32,000 nt of DNA, taken from positions 180,001-212,000 of the forward strand of contig NZ_LT606950.1 in NCBI RefSeq assembly GCF_900095195.1. Direction: 5' to 3'. This document shows positions 9,701-19,859 of the stretch, in pieces; the first letter of the stretch is position 1; every line of letters starts with the position of its first letter. A program made the position numbers and the translations under genes. The DNA is from Polynucleobacter necessarius. Lineage in GTDB: Bacteria > Pseudomonadota > Gammaproteobacteria > Burkholderiales > Burkholderiaceae. The notes under the pieces are model-generated. The model searched no databases. It saw only the letters and a program-made list of their open reading frames with translations, and was not told the DNA's origin.

Positions 9701-10746
9701 TGACTATTTCAACCAATTCCTCAAAAATATTGTTAGTGAAATTGTCTTCTTTGGGAGACGTTCTCCATAATTTGCCAATAGTTTGGGATATTCGCAAGCG
9801 TTTTCCAAATGCACAGATTGATTGGGTTGTTGAAGAGGGATATGTTCACTTATTAACCCCATTGCTTACTAATCGTGACTTTAGGGGGATTGACCGAATC
9901 ATTCCCTTTGGTCTGAGGCGTTGGAAGAAATCGATATTGAAACGGAAAGCCTGGCGCGAATTTTTTGCATTTAAGAAAGACCTTCAGCGCGTTGAATACA
10001 ATATCATCATTGAGACCCAGGGACTATTAAAGTCCGCGATAGTTTGCGCGCTTGCTAAAAAAACCTCTAACGCAGTTGTGGCAGGGCTTGCAAATGCTAC
10101 TCAATATTCTGGGTATGAGCCGCTAGCTCGAATGTTTTATAGCCAATCTGTTCGAGTGCCTTCGCAGTGCCATGCAGTGGACCGTTCTCGGTATATCGCT
10201 TGTTCGGCTTTGGATTTGCCATTAATTGGACGAGCCGAAAGGGTCGATTTTTACTCTCCTACGGGCATCCATCAAGTTGGTGCTCATGAGGCATTTGGTC
10301 TGAAAAGTCCGTATGTGATTTTTTTTCACTCTACTGCTAGAGAGGCTAAGCGTTGGGCGCAATCGAACTGGATTACGCTTGGACAAGAGATTGCAAAACT
10401 CGGTTATCAAATTGTTTTGCCATGGGGAAGCGACTCCGAGAAACTCATTAGCCAAAAACTTGCTTTGCACATTCCCGGATCGATTGTTCCTCAGGCGTTT
10501 TCAATTGAAGAGGCTTTTTCTATTATTGAGAGAGCAGCCCTAGTCGTTGGTGTAGACACTGGGCTCGCTCACCTTGCGGCCGTATTGGAGGTTCCCACTG
10601 TGGAAATTTATTGCGACTCACCAAAATGGAAAACAGAAGGCTATTGGTCGGAAAAAATTCGCAATGTGGGTGATATAAATCAACCGCCACCGATGAATGA
10701 AGTTTTAGCCACTTCTTTAGAGCTTATTAGCGGAGTAAAGAATTAA
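9700..10746 (+). CDS. waaC: lipopolysaccharide heptosyltransferase I
   Basis: KILLVKLSSLGDVLHNLPIVWDIRKRFPNAQIDWVVEE (GT9 N-terminus) and C-terminal VGVDTGLAHLAAVLEVPTV. The start overlaps the rfbC stop (TAATG). The ORF track opens earlier, at 9616. Confidence 0.85.
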   Translation: MTISTNSSKILLVKLSSLGDVLHNLPIVWDIRKRFPNAQIDWVVEEGYVHLLTPLLTNRDFRGIDRIIPFGLRRWKKSILKRKAWREFFAFKKDLQRVEYNIIIETQGLLKSAIVCALAKKTSNAVVAGLANATQYSGYEPLARMFYSQSVRVPSQCHAVDRSRYIACSALDLPLIGRAERVDFYSPTGIHQVGAHEAFGLKSPYVIFFHSTAREAKRWAQSNWITLGQEIAKLGYQIVLPWGSDSEKLISQKLALHIPGSIVPQAFSIEEAFSIIERAALVVGVDTGLAHLAAVLEVPTVEIYCDSPKWKTEGYWSEKIRNVGDINQPPPMNEVLATSLELISGVKN

Positions 10747-12290
10747 TAGCAATCAGATCTTCGTCTGTAAGTGCTGCAACATGAGCCTTTAGTTTGATCA
10801 CGTTCAATATTGTGCTGTAGTGAGCCCGCTGTAACTGTGATCTAGTGGTGATGAGGGTGTCTAACGCAATTAGGACATCGATATTGATTAAGGTGCCAAC
10901 CTGAAACCCTAGCTTGCTAGACTCCAGTGCAGAACTTGATAACGTTCGGCTGCCTCATAGGCTTTGTCACTAGCGAGACCACCATAGAATCCTGTAAAAG
11001 CCGCCCGAGTATTTTGGGCAGCAGTTCGGCGAGCGTTATCGTAATTTGCTCTAGCTGTATCGACTAGCGCGGCATTTTGACGAATCACGGAACTGCTAAA
11101 TCCTCCCAAAACTAATGGGATAGTCATCTGCAATGCAACAGTGTTTTTATATACGTTGGTATTAGCAGGGGTGTAGCTATTCGACGTGCCGTTAGATGTG
11201 TTGTAACCAGCCGTTCCAACAAAGTTCACTGTTGGATAATTTAATGCTTGAGCGGCGCGAATACATTAAAGTTTGCCGCTTCTGCTTGATTGATCCAGTC
11301 CTCTAGGGTCTGACCAGGAGGCAGCTGTGGATTGACGCTATCGGCAATCGGATTACCTTTGGCATCTTTATTTTTTGAGCGTGGATCCTTAAGGACCCCA
11401 TCAATCTTTGCCTCTTTTACCAGGGGCCTTAAGGGGCCAACAGGGCGTCCAACAAGCTGCTCCAAGACGCCCGTTTGACAATCAGGTCAGCTTGAGCAGC
11501 TATCTCCTGAGGGTTTGCTAAGTCCAGTGCTGCCTGCGCAGTGTTGACATCAACGATTGTGGCCAATCCAGCATCAAATTTTGCCTGTGCCGCCTCTAAT
11601 TGCTGTTTGATTAACCCTTTTTTATTGTTGTACAAGGCAACATTATCTTGACTCGTTAAAGCATCAAAATAGGCTTGTGACACTCGAATAATTAAGTCTT
11701 ATTGCGCTGAATAGAAGCGCATGTCGGCAATCTTCGTGTTTAAGTCACCTTGTTTAAAAGCTTCAAGCGCACTGAGATTAAAAACTGGTTGGGTTAATGT
11801 GACCGTATAACTCTTTTGATCGAAAACCCTGGAATTTCCTGGTCCGGTTGCAACCACGGTAGTTCCAGCACCGTGCTGATAGTAACGGGTTCCAGTTGGC
11901 GTTGCATTAGCTTGTGGCAAGAGTAGGGATAGGCCTTGCCAATACAGCTCTTTACTTGCTTGGTAATTAAATCTTGCCGCGTTTAGCACGGGATCACTAA
12001 ATGCTGCCTCTTGGTAGAGCTGGATTAAATCAGCCAACTTTCTCTGTTGTTCGGCGGCACTGGGAATAACAGAGGATGGTGCAAATGCATTGGGTAAAGC
12101 GGTTTTGCTTGGTCGTGGTGCAATCTGTGGTGGCTGATCTAAGCCGATCTGGTGTTGGTAGAGCTGGTCTTGGTGCCGCATTTGGGCTTTGGGCAAACGC
12201 AGGCGATGTAAAAAGATTTAGGCTGAGAGCTTGGCTCAGGATCATGCCAAAAATGGCCGATCTAGAAAGGCGAAAGCGGGCTGGTCTCAT
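10727..12290 (-). pseudogene. TolC-family outer membrane efflux protein, decayed (4 frameshifts plus 1 in-frame stop)
   Basis: The signal peptide MRPARFRLSRSAIFGMILSQALSLNLFTSPAFAQ starts at 12290 in one frame. TolC-like repeats then follow in ORF fragments 11699..12196, 11429..11683, 11241..11465 and 10909..11229, plus an untracked tail (SSKLGFQVGTLINIDVLIALDTLITTRSQLQRAHYSTILNVIKLKAHVAALTDEDLIAINSLLR, stop at 10727..10729). The codon phase changes 2>1>1>2>0>1. An in-frame TAA sits at 11699..11701 (..YSAQ*DLIIRVSQAYFDAL..). Confidence 0.75.
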
Positions 12291-12408
12291 TACGTTCATA
12301 TACTTTTTTGGGTGCATGAAGTTTAGGGCTAAATGCGTTTTTGTGGGTATTTGCATCCCATTTTGCCAAATATGCTGGAGATGCCTTCTAACCCTATAAA
12401 ATCTCTGG

Positions 12409-13254
12409 ATGGATCTTATCTTGCTTCTAAAAGCGGTTATTTTGGGTGTTGTTGAAGGCCTGACAGAGTTTTTGCCTATCTCCAGCACTGGTCATCTGAT
12501 TTTGGTTGGGGATTTGCTGGATTTTAATGATGAGCGTGGCAAGGCCTTTGAGGTCATTATCCAGTTCGGCGCCATCTTGGCTGTTTGCTGGGAATTTCGT
12601 GAAAAGCTGTTAAAGGTTGCCTCTTCAGTTGTCAGTAGTGCGAGTTCCCGACGTTTCATTTTGAATCTGTTGATTGCTTCGGCGCCCGCTATGGGGCTAG
12701 GGTTTATTTTTGGTAAACACATCAAAGCGGTTTTATTTTCACCTATCCCCGTTGCTAGTGCTTTTATTGTGGGAGCGTTGATTATTTTTTGGGTCGAGCA
12801 GCGTCAAGAAACTGCGGGCTCTGTAAATGGCCATATCCACTCCGTGGATGATCTATCGTACCTGGATGCATTAAAGGTGGGCATTGCTCAATGCGCCGCT
12901 TTAATTCCTGGAACATCGCGCTCAGGAGCCACCATTATTGGGGGGATGATGTTTGGGTTGCCCAGAGCGGTCGCCACGGAGTTTTCATTTTTTCTTGCGA
13001 TTCCCGTTATTGGTGGGGCAACCGCTTATGAGTTGCTCAAGCTTTGGAAGAATCCAGTAGCCATCTCCGGAGACTATAGTATTGCGATTGCCATAGGGTT
13101 TATTGCGGCATTTATTTCGGCCTTTGTCTGCGTACGCTGGCTGATTCACTATGTTGCACATCACAATTTCATTCCATTTGCCTGGTATCGCATTGTGTTC
13201 GGGCTATTGGTTTTGATCACTTCCTATAGCGGTTTGATCGCTTGGTCGCATTAA
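12409..13254 (+). CDS. uppP: undecaprenyl-diphosphate phosphatase
   Basis: [21 protein letters not shown] and [13 protein letters not shown] motifs. 281 aa, polytopic membrane protein. Confidence 0.95.
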   Translation: MDLILLLKAVILGVVEGLTEFLPISSTGHLILVGDLLDFNDERGKAFEVIIQFGAILAVCWEFREKLLKVASSVVSSASSRRFILNLLIASAPAMGLGFIFGKHIKAVLFSPIPVASAFIVGALIIFWVEQRQETAGSVNGHIHSVDDLSYLDALKVGIAQCAALIPGTSRSGATIIGGMMFGLPRAVATEFSFFLAIPVIGGATAYELLKLWKNPVAISGDYSIAIAIGFIAAFISAFVCVRWLIHYVAHHNFIPFAWYRIVFGLLVLITSYSGLIAWSH

Positions 13255-13278
13255 TCAATTATCAAGTAGAGGGATCCT

Positions 13279-13737
13279 ATGGATGTATCAATCGATGCGA
13301 TTGCCAATAATATTCAACTCGCCTTAGCGCCAGTTTTTCTATTGACAGCGGTGGCAACATTATTAAATGCCATTTCTATTCGGCTAGCTCGGAATGTTGA
13401 CAGAATGCGTGCAATACAAAATGCACTTTACTCTGGTGACCCAAAAGAAGATAAAACAATCAGACATATGCAACAAGAGGCCAATGAATTTAAGACTCGG
13501 GGCCGCCTTTGTACTATCGCCATATTTTTTGACGTACTCAGCGGGATATTGATTTCGCTAACGGTCCTCGAACTCTTTTTCTTCCAAGCGGGCGCAGTCC
13601 GATCGTTGCAAACAACATACGTCATTTGGACCTTCGTATTTGGTCTGTTATCCTTCATGACGTCCTTATCCGTTGTTTTGGCTGAAGTGGTATTTGCATA
13701 CCGATCTGCTGGCTGGAATTTCCCAAAACAGTATTGA
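13279..13737 (+). CDS. DUF2721-like small membrane protein
   Basis: 152-aa ORF. N-terminal helix IQLALAPVFLLTAVATLLNAISIRLARNVDRMRAI, followed by two C-terminal hydrophobic helices. The family call is from memory only. Confidence 0.5.
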   Translation: MDVSIDAIANNIQLALAPVFLLTAVATLLNAISIRLARNVDRMRAIQNALYSGDPKEDKTIRHMQQEANEFKTRGRLCTIAIFFDVLSGILISLTVLELFFFQAGAVRSLQTTYVIWTFVFGLLSFMTSLSVVLAEVVFAYRSAGWNFPKQY

Positions 13738-13760
13738 GTTTTATAGAGCTTTAGTCTGAA

Positions 13761-14700
13761 ATGACTATGAACAAAATCCTCATCACCGGTGGCGCAGGTT
13801 TTCTGGGCTCTCATCTCACAGAAAAATTACTAAAAGAGGGTAATGACGTTTTGGTGGTGGATAACTACTTCACCGGCTCTAAAGCAAACTTGGCCCATTT
13901 ACTACCTAATCCGCGTTTAGAGCTCATGCGTCACGATGTGACCTTTCCACTCTATGTAGAAACCAACCAGATCTATAACTTAGCCTGTCCAGCATCCCCA
14001 GTGCATTATCAATATGACCCGGTGCAAACCACGAAGACCAGTGTGCATGGTGCGATCAATATGCTGGGGCTTGCAAAAGAACCCGAGCACGTATCTTGCA
14101 AGCATCTACTAGCGAGGTCTATGGCGATCCTGAAGTACATCCTCAGCTAGAAGGGTATTGGGGTAAGGTTAATCCGATTGGGATTCGCTCTTGCTACGAC
14201 GAAGGCAAACGCTGTGCCGAAACCCTTTTCTTTGACTACCACCGTCAACACAATCTCGATATCAAAGTTGTGCGTATTTTTAATACCTATGGCCCACGCA
14301 TGCACCCTAATAATGGGCGCGTGGTCAGCAACTTCATTGTTCAGGCATTGCAAGGCAAAGACACCACGATTTATGGCGATGGTCAGCAAACGCGAAACTT
14401 TTGCTATGTGGATGATTTGATTGAGCGATGGTCAAAATGATGAACTCTGAGCAGGGCTTTACTGGACCCGTCAATATTGGCAATCCCGGTGAGTTCACTA
14501 TGCGCCAATTGGCGGAAACCGTGCCCAGGCTCTCCGGCAGTAACTCCAAGATCGTGCACCAGCCTTTGCCGTCCGATGATCCAAAACAGCGTCAGCCCAA
14601 TATTGAGTTGGCTAAGGCCAAGCTTGGTTGGGAGCCTAAAGTCAATCTCGAGGATGGTCTGAAAGAGACGATTGCTTACTTTAAAAAAGTTGTAGCGTAA
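13761..14700 (+). pseudogene. UDP-glucuronate decarboxylase (UXS-type SDR), two 1-nt frameshifts
   Basis: Three consecutive ORFs in phases 0>2>1: 13761..14150, 14096..14440 and 14428..14700. Together they spell one enzyme: [14 protein letters not shown]...[34 protein letters not shown] / [41 protein letters not shown] / [24 protein letters not shown]. The first break is at the A4 run 14075..14078 and the second near 14420. Confidence 0.8.
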
Positions 14701-14701
14701 G

Positions 14702-15517
14702 TTGAGTCAAGGCGTTGTAGAAAAGACTGGCCAACATTTTGAGCGTATCCGTTCGTTTGTATTGCGTGCTGGGCGGACTACAGCTGGGCAGCAACGAGCG
14801 CTTGATGAGCTTGGTCCACACTTTTTGATACCGTTTCAGGAGGGGCAGCTCGATTTAGTTGGCGCTTTCGCGGGATCAACTCGGCCGAAGATCTTGGAGA
14901 TTGGTTTTGGCATGGGCGAGACGACCGCCACAATTGCCGCCTTACGAAATCAAGACGACTTTTTAGCAATTGAAGTGCATTTGCCGGGCGTTGGCGCATT
15001 GCTAAAGCGAATTGGGGGAGGCAAACTTTCAAACATACGTTTGATTCGCCATGATGCTGTTGAAGTCTTAGAAAAAATGATTGCCCCAGAATCTCTGGAT
15101 GGAATTCATATTTACTTTGCAGACCCATGGCATAAACGACGCCATCACAAACGTCGCTTAATTCAAGGGGCTTTTGCCAAACTACTCGCCTCCCGTTTGA
15201 AATCTGGCGGATATTTACATCTTGCAACGGATTGGCATAACTATGCCGAGCAAATACTTTTGGTATTGAATGCTGAGAGTAGTCTTCAAAATACATCAAC
15301 GCAACTGATACCGCTAGAGACCTATGCCGCCGATGATGTAGTGGATCTACGAGCGGTTGGAAAAGAGATGGATGAATTTAAGCCCACAGCCGAGCAATTG
15401 GCTAAGCAGCATTTAGGTTATGTGGAGCGACCAAGCTATCGTCCAGTAACCAAGTTTGAGAATCGCGGTCTCAAGCTAGGTCACGGCGTTTGGGATCTTC
15501 TTTATAAAAAGAAGTAA
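14702..15517 (+). CDS. trmB: tRNA (guanine46-N7)-methyltransferase
   Basis: [30 protein letters not shown] (SAM binding), [17 protein letters not shown] start. 271 aa. Confidence 0.9.
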   Translation: MSQGVVEKTGQHFERIRSFVLRAGRTTAGQQRALDELGPHFLIPFQEGQLDLVGAFAGSTRPKILEIGFGMGETTATIAALRNQDDFLAIEVHLPGVGALLKRIGGGKLSNIRLIRHDAVEVLEKMIAPESLDGIHIYFADPWHKRRHHKRRLIQGAFAKLLASRLKSGGYLHLATDWHNYAEQILLVLNAESSLQNTSTQLIPLETYAADDVVDLRAVGKEMDEFKPTAEQLAKQHLGYVERPSYRPVTKFENRGLKLGHGVWDLLYKKK

Positions 15518-15538
15518 GTAGTAGTTTTGGGCTATGGT

Positions 15539-16439
15539 CTATAGACCAACGCAGACATATTTCATCTCAAGGTATTCATCCATTCCATAGACGCTACCCT
15601 CACGACCAAGACGAGAGTGCGCCACTGACTGCGGCATCAATATCAGCATCGTCAAAGACGATGAACGGGGCATGACCACCCAGTTCCAGGGCTAATTTCT
15701 TAATGGTTGGGGCGCATTGTGCCATTAAGTTGCGACCAACCTCAGTAGATCCAATGAACGAGAGGTGACGAACGGTGGGCGAAGCGCAAAGTACCTTACC
15801 AATTTCAATGGAGCGGTTGGCGTCCGGTGATGATATTGATCACACCATCTGGAATTCCTGCACGTTTTGCAAGTTCTGCCAAAGCTAGGGTAGATAGCGG
15901 CGTCAGTTCTGCTGGCTTGATGCCAATAGTGCAGCCAGCCGCTAGCGCTCGAGCAATTTTGCGGGTAATCATGGCAATTGGAAAGTTCCAAGGCGTAATC
16001 GCTACGCAAACACCAATCGGTTGCTTGAGAACCATCAAGCGTTTATCGCTCCAAGTGGTTGTTAGAGCCGAGCCTGCAATCCGCTTGCCTCTTCTGCAAA
16101 CCACTCTACAAAAGAAGCGCCATAAACCACCTCTCCTGCAGCCTCAGGAAAGGGTTTGCCTTGCTCGAGCGTCATGAGCGTAGCAAGATCTTGAGTATTT
16201 TGAATAATGAGATCAAACCACTTGCGCATGATTTGCGCGCGGTATTTTCCGAGTTTATTGCGCCATGTTGGCAATGCTGCTTCGGCTGCATTGATGGCTG
16301 CATTGATGGCTGCAGTAGCATCAGCAATCGCAAGATTTCTAACCGATGCTATCAGCTCATCTGTGGCTGGATTGGTAACCGCAAACGTTTCTGAAGATCG
16401 AATCCATTCTCCATTAACAAAAGCCTCCTCTTTGAACAA
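15539..16439 (-). pseudogene. gabD: succinate-semialdehyde dehydrogenase (aldehyde dehydrogenase family), frameshifted and internally deleted
   Basis: The pieces align colinearly with GabD. Piece 1 is AFVNGEWI...[30 protein letters not shown] (16062..16439). Piece 2 is [45 protein letters not shown] (15805..16104). Piece 3, in a third frame, is [69 protein letters not shown]. Piece 3 is joined near 15602-15620 directly to the extreme C-terminus [23 protein letters not shown] (stop at 15539..15541). Roughly 170 codons, including the catalytic Cys region, are missing. Confidence 0.75.
16284..16314. repeat. 12-bp tandem duplication (GGCTGCATTGAT x2 plus a partial third copy) inside the gabD remnant
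   Basis: Read directly: 16284..16295 equals 16296..16307, followed by GGCTGCA. It encodes the doubled peptide AINAAINAA. Confidence 0.9.
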
Positions 16440-16553
16440 GCTAGGATCTTTTAAAAGACTGCGAATATCAATTTTTCATGATGAGCTATTCCAATTCGAG
16501 AGGGCGCATATCGTAGAACAATTTTATCTCCATCAGGAATAGCCCCCCTCTTA

Positions 16554-16588
16554 GGAAAAAAGCCCTATAAGGCAATTCTTATAGGGCT
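16554..16588 (-). terminator. Rho-independent terminator downstream of nusB
   Basis: The minus strand reads AGCCCTATAAG-aattgc-CTTATAGGGCT followed by TTTTTT. That is a 10-11 bp perfect stem, a 6-nt loop and a U6 tail, about 25 nt after the nusB stop. Confidence 0.65.
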
Positions 16589-16613
16589 CTATGGTCGAGG
16601 CTAGGAAATGAAA

Positions 16614-17141
16614 TTAGCCGGCCTGCGTTTCAGCGGCGCGCAATGTTTGCGCTAATAGGTCTAGCACGCCGTTGACATACTTGTGACCATCGGTTCCCCC
16701 AAAGGTTTTGGCGAGTTCAACAGCCTCATTGATGGCTACTTTATAGGGAACGGATATGTCTGCGGCTAATTCGTAGGTGCCAATCAGAAGGGCGGCATGC
16801 TCTACTGGTGAGAGTTCATTAATGGGTCGATCAAGTGCAGGGGTAATAAGCGCCTCTAATTCGTCAGCGCGCTCGAGGACGCCCTGAAAAATACTGTTGA
16901 ATAAATCCAGTTGGCAGCGTTTAAAGGCCGGATCTTCGGATAATTGCCTGGCAATCGCTGCGCTGCTAGGTAAACTTCCTGCGCGACGCACTACCAAGCT
17001 TTGATATACCCCTTGGAGCGCGTATTTGCGTGCACGACGACGCGGTGTTAATGAGCGCTTTGGTGCGGTAGATTTAGCCTCATCGCCATCAGGGGCAGCG
17101 GATCCAATGAAAGAATTTAGAGTAGAAGTAGATTTAGCCAT
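16614..17141 (-). CDS. nusB: transcription antitermination factor NusB
   Basis: [14 protein letters not shown] motif and C-terminal [15 protein letters not shown]. Conserved ribH-nusB pairing. The ATG at 17141 is 2 nt after the ribH stop. Confidence 0.9.
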   Translation of the reverse strand: MAKSTSTLNSFIGSAAPDGDEAKSTAPKRSLTPRRRARKYALQGVYQSLVVRRAGSLPSSAAIARQLSEDPAFKRCQLDLFNSIFQGVLERADELEALITPALDRPINELSPVEHAALLIGTYELAADISVPYKVAINEAVELAKTFGGTDGHKYVNGVLDLLAQTLRAAETQAG

Positions 17142-17142
17142 A

Positions 17143-17661
17143 TCAAAAGTCCTCTTGCCCATCATTCATTTCAAAATCAATGTCTGGTGTGAGCGCTAGC
17201 GCTAGATTTGCCATTTCAACGACTGCTTTAGCGCCGTCCGCACCTTTAATCTTGACACGTACCTGTGCTTGCTCATCGGTATCGCAGGTCAGTACACCGC
17301 TAGCAATGGGTAAGCTAGAGTCAATCGAGATACGCGTAATCCCTGCAGCAGATTCATTCGAGACCAATTCAAAATGGTAGGTCTCACCGCGAATGACTGC
17401 GCCTAGTGCTACCAGACCATCAAATTCACCTGTTTCAGCCAGCTTTTGAAGGGCAAACGGAATTTCTAATGCGCCTGGGACGGTGACCAGTTTGATATCC
17501 GATTGCGATTCATCCAAAGCAATCAGTTCGTGAATAGGGGCTTCCGTTAGTGCGACGCAATGATCTTCATTAAAGCGGGCTTGTACGATACCGAACCGCA
17601 AATCTTGACCGTTGAGATCTGCTTCTAATATGCCTACAAAATCATTGTTTGAATTGGTCAT
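17143..17661 (-). CDS. ribH: 6,7-dimethyl-8-ribityllumazine synthase
   Basis: [55 protein letters not shown]. Intact, 172 aa. Confidence 0.95.
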   Translation of the reverse strand: MTNSNNDFVGILEADLNGQDLRFGIVQARFNEDHCVALTEAPIHELIALDESQSDIKLVTVPGALEIPFALQKLAETGEFDGLVALGAVIRGETYHFELVSNESAAGITRISIDSSLPIASGVLTCDTDEQAQVRVKIKGADGAKAVVEMANLALALTPDIDFEMNDGQEDF

Positions 17662-17697
17662 GATGACCTTTTAAGAAAGTAAATCTTGCTGTATTTT

Positions 17698-17894
17698 TTA
17701 CTTTGGTTGAAAAGGGAGATATCCAGTTACTTCGAGTTTATATCCAGAGAGGTTTGGTACTGGCTTGGGTTTGCAAGCAAACGCATCTTACCGACACCAA
17801 GATCTTTCAAGATTTGAGCACTAATACCGTAACTACGCAAATCGGTTTTGCGAGCCAATGGTTTTTGGGTGGCGTCGTTTGATCGGTTCAGTTT
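17698..17894 (-). pseudogene. ribA: severed 3' tail of ribBA (end of the GTP cyclohydrolase II-like domain)
   Basis: Reading through the TAA at 17895..17897 gives KLNRSNDATQKPLARKTDLRSYGISAQILKDLGVGKMRLLANPSQ. After a frameshift near 17750, it continues LSGYKLEVTGYLPFQPK, with the stop at 17698..17700. This is the conserved RibA C-terminus. Confidence 0.65.
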
Positions 17895-18830
17895 TTAAAA
17901 TTGGGCTAACCAGTCAGCATCTCCAGGAGCGGCAATTCCGGAGGAATTTAATAGAACGGCAACTCCCGCTGGAGCAGCAGCAATTTGTTGCAGCGCCTGT
18001 CCTAGTGGCCATGAATGGGTGCTGATTTGGGAGTCTAAAAAATCGAGTACGGTGACAGGCTCATGAACACGAACTAGGGTTTCCGTTGCTTCAGAAGGTT
18101 TGCCATGAACCAGGGCAATGTGGATGCATGAGCTTGGAGTATCTCGATAGATGATGCCATTAAATTGACCACAAGGAGTAGTGAATTCACGTACACCTTC
18201 ACGTACAACAATGCTTTCGTTTTGACTACGGTACTTGATCAAGTCTGCAATACTGCCAATTTTGAGTTGATGTTCTTTGGCAAACTCTAATAGGTCTGGA
18301 AGGCGCGCCATACTGCCATCATCTTTCATGATTTCGCAAATAACGGCAGTTGGTGAACAACCAGCCATGGCAGCAAGGTCACAGCCTGCTTCAGTATGAC
18401 CCGAACGAACGAGTACGCCACCAGGTTGTGCCATTATCGGAAAAATATGGCCTGACTGAACTAGGTCATTGGGTTTGGCATTTGGTGCTACAGCCGTCTT
18501 AATCGTATGCGCACGATCAGCCGCTGAGATTCCAGTCGTGACTCCGCTAGCAGCTTCGATAGAGGCAGTGAAATTGGTTCCCATGGATGTGCCGTTATCG
18601 CGCACCATCAATGGCAGATTTAGCTGTTGGCAGCGCTCACGAGTCAAGGTTAAGCAAATAAGGCCACGACCATGCTTTGCCATGAAATTGACAGCTTCAG
18701 CGCTGATATGGTCAGCGGCTAGGACTAAATCACCTTCATTTTCGCGATCTTCCTTATCGACCAGAATGACCATCCGACCAGCGCGCAGCTCGGCGGCAAT
18801 TTCTTCTGTAGGGGAAATGGTGTTTAGCAT
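17895..18830 (-). CDS. ribB: 3,4-dihydroxy-2-butanone-4-phosphate synthase; RibBA truncated by a premature stop
   Basis: RMVILVDKEDRENEGDLVLAA, GLICLTLT and SGHTEAGCDLA form a complete DHBP synthase domain, followed by most of a GCHII-like domain. The ORF ends at an in-frame TAA at codon 312, about 65 codons short of the conserved end. Confidence 0.8.
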   Translation of the reverse strand: MLNTISPTEEIAAELRAGRMVILVDKEDRENEGDLVLAADHISAEAVNFMAKHGRGLICLTLTRERCQQLNLPLMVRDNGTSMGTNFTASIEAASGVTTGISAADRAHTIKTAVAPNAKPNDLVQSGHIFPIMAQPGGVLVRSGHTEAGCDLAAMAGCSPTAVICEIMKDDGSMARLPDLLEFAKEHQLKIGSIADLIKYRSQNESIVVREGVREFTTPCGQFNGIIYRDTPSSCIHIALVHGKPSEATETLVRVHEPVTVLDFLDSQISTHSWPLGQALQQIAAAPAGVAVLLNSSGIAAPGDADWLAQF

Positions 18831-18964
18831 AGCGCTCTATTTTAAGCTCAGCGAGCTATTAACGTTGTCTTTGCGGCGAATCCCGACAGCGACATTCCTT
18901 TTTTCAGACGGTATATGCCAACAGCCCCTATTTCAACGGCTTTGAATGCCTCAGAAAATACCGT

Positions 18965-19219
18965 ATGCGATTCTGTTATCGGGAGATTTCGTCGATTCCC
19001 AATGGATTTATTTTGTGAGAGGCTTTAGTGGCAATGACATTGGTCGTGGGAGTTTATTTAAGCTCAGTTGGTGCTTATCAAAAGCTCGTTTTAAAATGGC
19101 CCAGTAAGAAGCCAGATACGCGCAACTGGGAGAAGATTCTGATACTTTTGAGCTTACGCAGCTGGTTGGGACCGAGATCGGTGGAGCAATGCCACATGGA
19201 ATTTCAAATACCACAGTGA
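18965..19219 (+). pseudogene. prepilin-type (class III signal peptide) protein, in-frame TGA at mature position +4
   Basis: The frame from ATG 18965 reads MRFCYREISSIPNG|FIL*EALVAMTLVVGVYLSSVGAYQKL. It has G at -1, F at +1, E at +5, and then a hydrophobic helix of about 20 aa. The TGA at 19016..19018 could derive from a Leu TTA codon. The ORF track only shows the part after the stop (19028..19219). Confidence 0.5.
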
Positions 19220-19231
19220 AAGGGGCAAAGC

Positions 19232-19489
19232 ATGAATCTTCTCGAGTGCTTAATCGTATTGACCCTGTGCGCACTATTAATAAATCCGCTAATAAAACTA
19301 GTGCCGATTTAGTTGCAAAACAAATCACTTATGTAAAATTACATATCTTAGGTTCAGAGGCTGAGCGTGCGTTCCAGTTAATTGGTAGAGCGATTCGAAT
19401 GGCGGGTTATGAACATGCTGAATCAATTGACAAAATGATAACCAAGACAAATACCAATAATCCGATTGAGATCCGCAAAGGGAGTGGTT
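19232..19489 (+). pseudogene. pseudopilin remnant (GspH/FimU-like), frameshifted
   Basis: An AAGGGG Shine-Dalgarno precedes ATG 19232, which opens MNLLECLIVLTLCALLINPLIKLVPI* (E at position 5, hydrophobic helix, stop at 19310..19312). The likely continuation (..AKQITYVKLHILGSEAERAFQLIGRAIRMAG..) lies in the frame of the 257-aa ORF. Confidence 0.3.
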
Positions 19490-19859
19490 ATGAAAAATCG
19501 GATGCATTGGTGATCAAACATGGGCTATCTTCCGGAGTCGATTTTGATTGCGCTGGCAATGTTTTGTCGAAAGAGCGAACAACAAATCATTTAGCCATGC
19601 AGGGATTTTTAGTCAATAAATCAAATCACTTATTAGCGAGCGTGAAAAATCATAGCGGCTCATTGGTTTGTCAGTCTTTGGATCGTCAAAGTCGTATACA
19701 AAACACTGTTCTGATGAATGGAGTTCAGATATTTAATGTGGAGGAGCTAAACCAATCCACAAAACAGGGGCAGAGGGCGTTTCGAGTCAAGTTGGGATTG
19801 ACCGATGGAGCCTCTGTTCTAAGAGTGTACGAGCACACCTTTACTACCCGAAATTTGCC
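19490..19859 (+). pseudogene. pseudopilin remnant (PilV/GspI-like), in-frame TGA plus frameshift
   Basis: An AAAGGGAG Shine-Dalgarno (19477..19484) precedes ATG 19490, which opens MKNRMHW*SNMGYLPESILIALAMFC. This is a basic leader, Gly, then ESILIALAMF resembling the GFSLLEVLIALAI consensus. The body (..VQIFNVEELNQSTKQGQRAFRVKLGLTDGASVLRVYE..) is again in the 257-aa ORF frame. Confidence 0.3.

Noticed and set aside
14778-15299. Long antisense or overlapping ORFs in the track. Examples: 14778..15299(-), 18469..18945(+), 15827..16177(+), 16059..16542(+), 12030..12488(-) upstream part, 12076..12399(+), 2040..2327(-), 13428..13814(-), 29962..30308(+).
   Set aside because: Each lies opposite or inside a gene with clear family motifs, shows no motifs of its own, and has a skewed composition typical of shadow ORFs.
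18831-18964. Expected an FMN (RFN) riboswitch in the ribBA leader on the minus strand.
   Set aside because: I could not find the conserved cores (GGGCNGGGUGAAAUUCCC, ACCGGCGGU, CCGACNGU.AAGUCCGGAUG). Only vague similarity exists (UUCUGAGG, ACCGUCUGAAAAAAGGAAUG) and one 7-bp long-range pairing (ACGGTAT/ATACCGT). The free leader is only about 135 nt before the divergent prepilin gene. A cmsearch with RF00050 would settle it.
18965-19520. UGA recoding (to Trp or another residue) as an explanation for the in-frame TGA codons in the prepilin genes (19016, 19217, 19511).
   Set aside because: TGA is used as the genuine terminator of well-conserved intact genes in the same window (ruvX 2339..2341, the 453-aa GT 5220..5222, ribH 17143..17145). 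The same pilin genes also carry frameshifts and a TAA.
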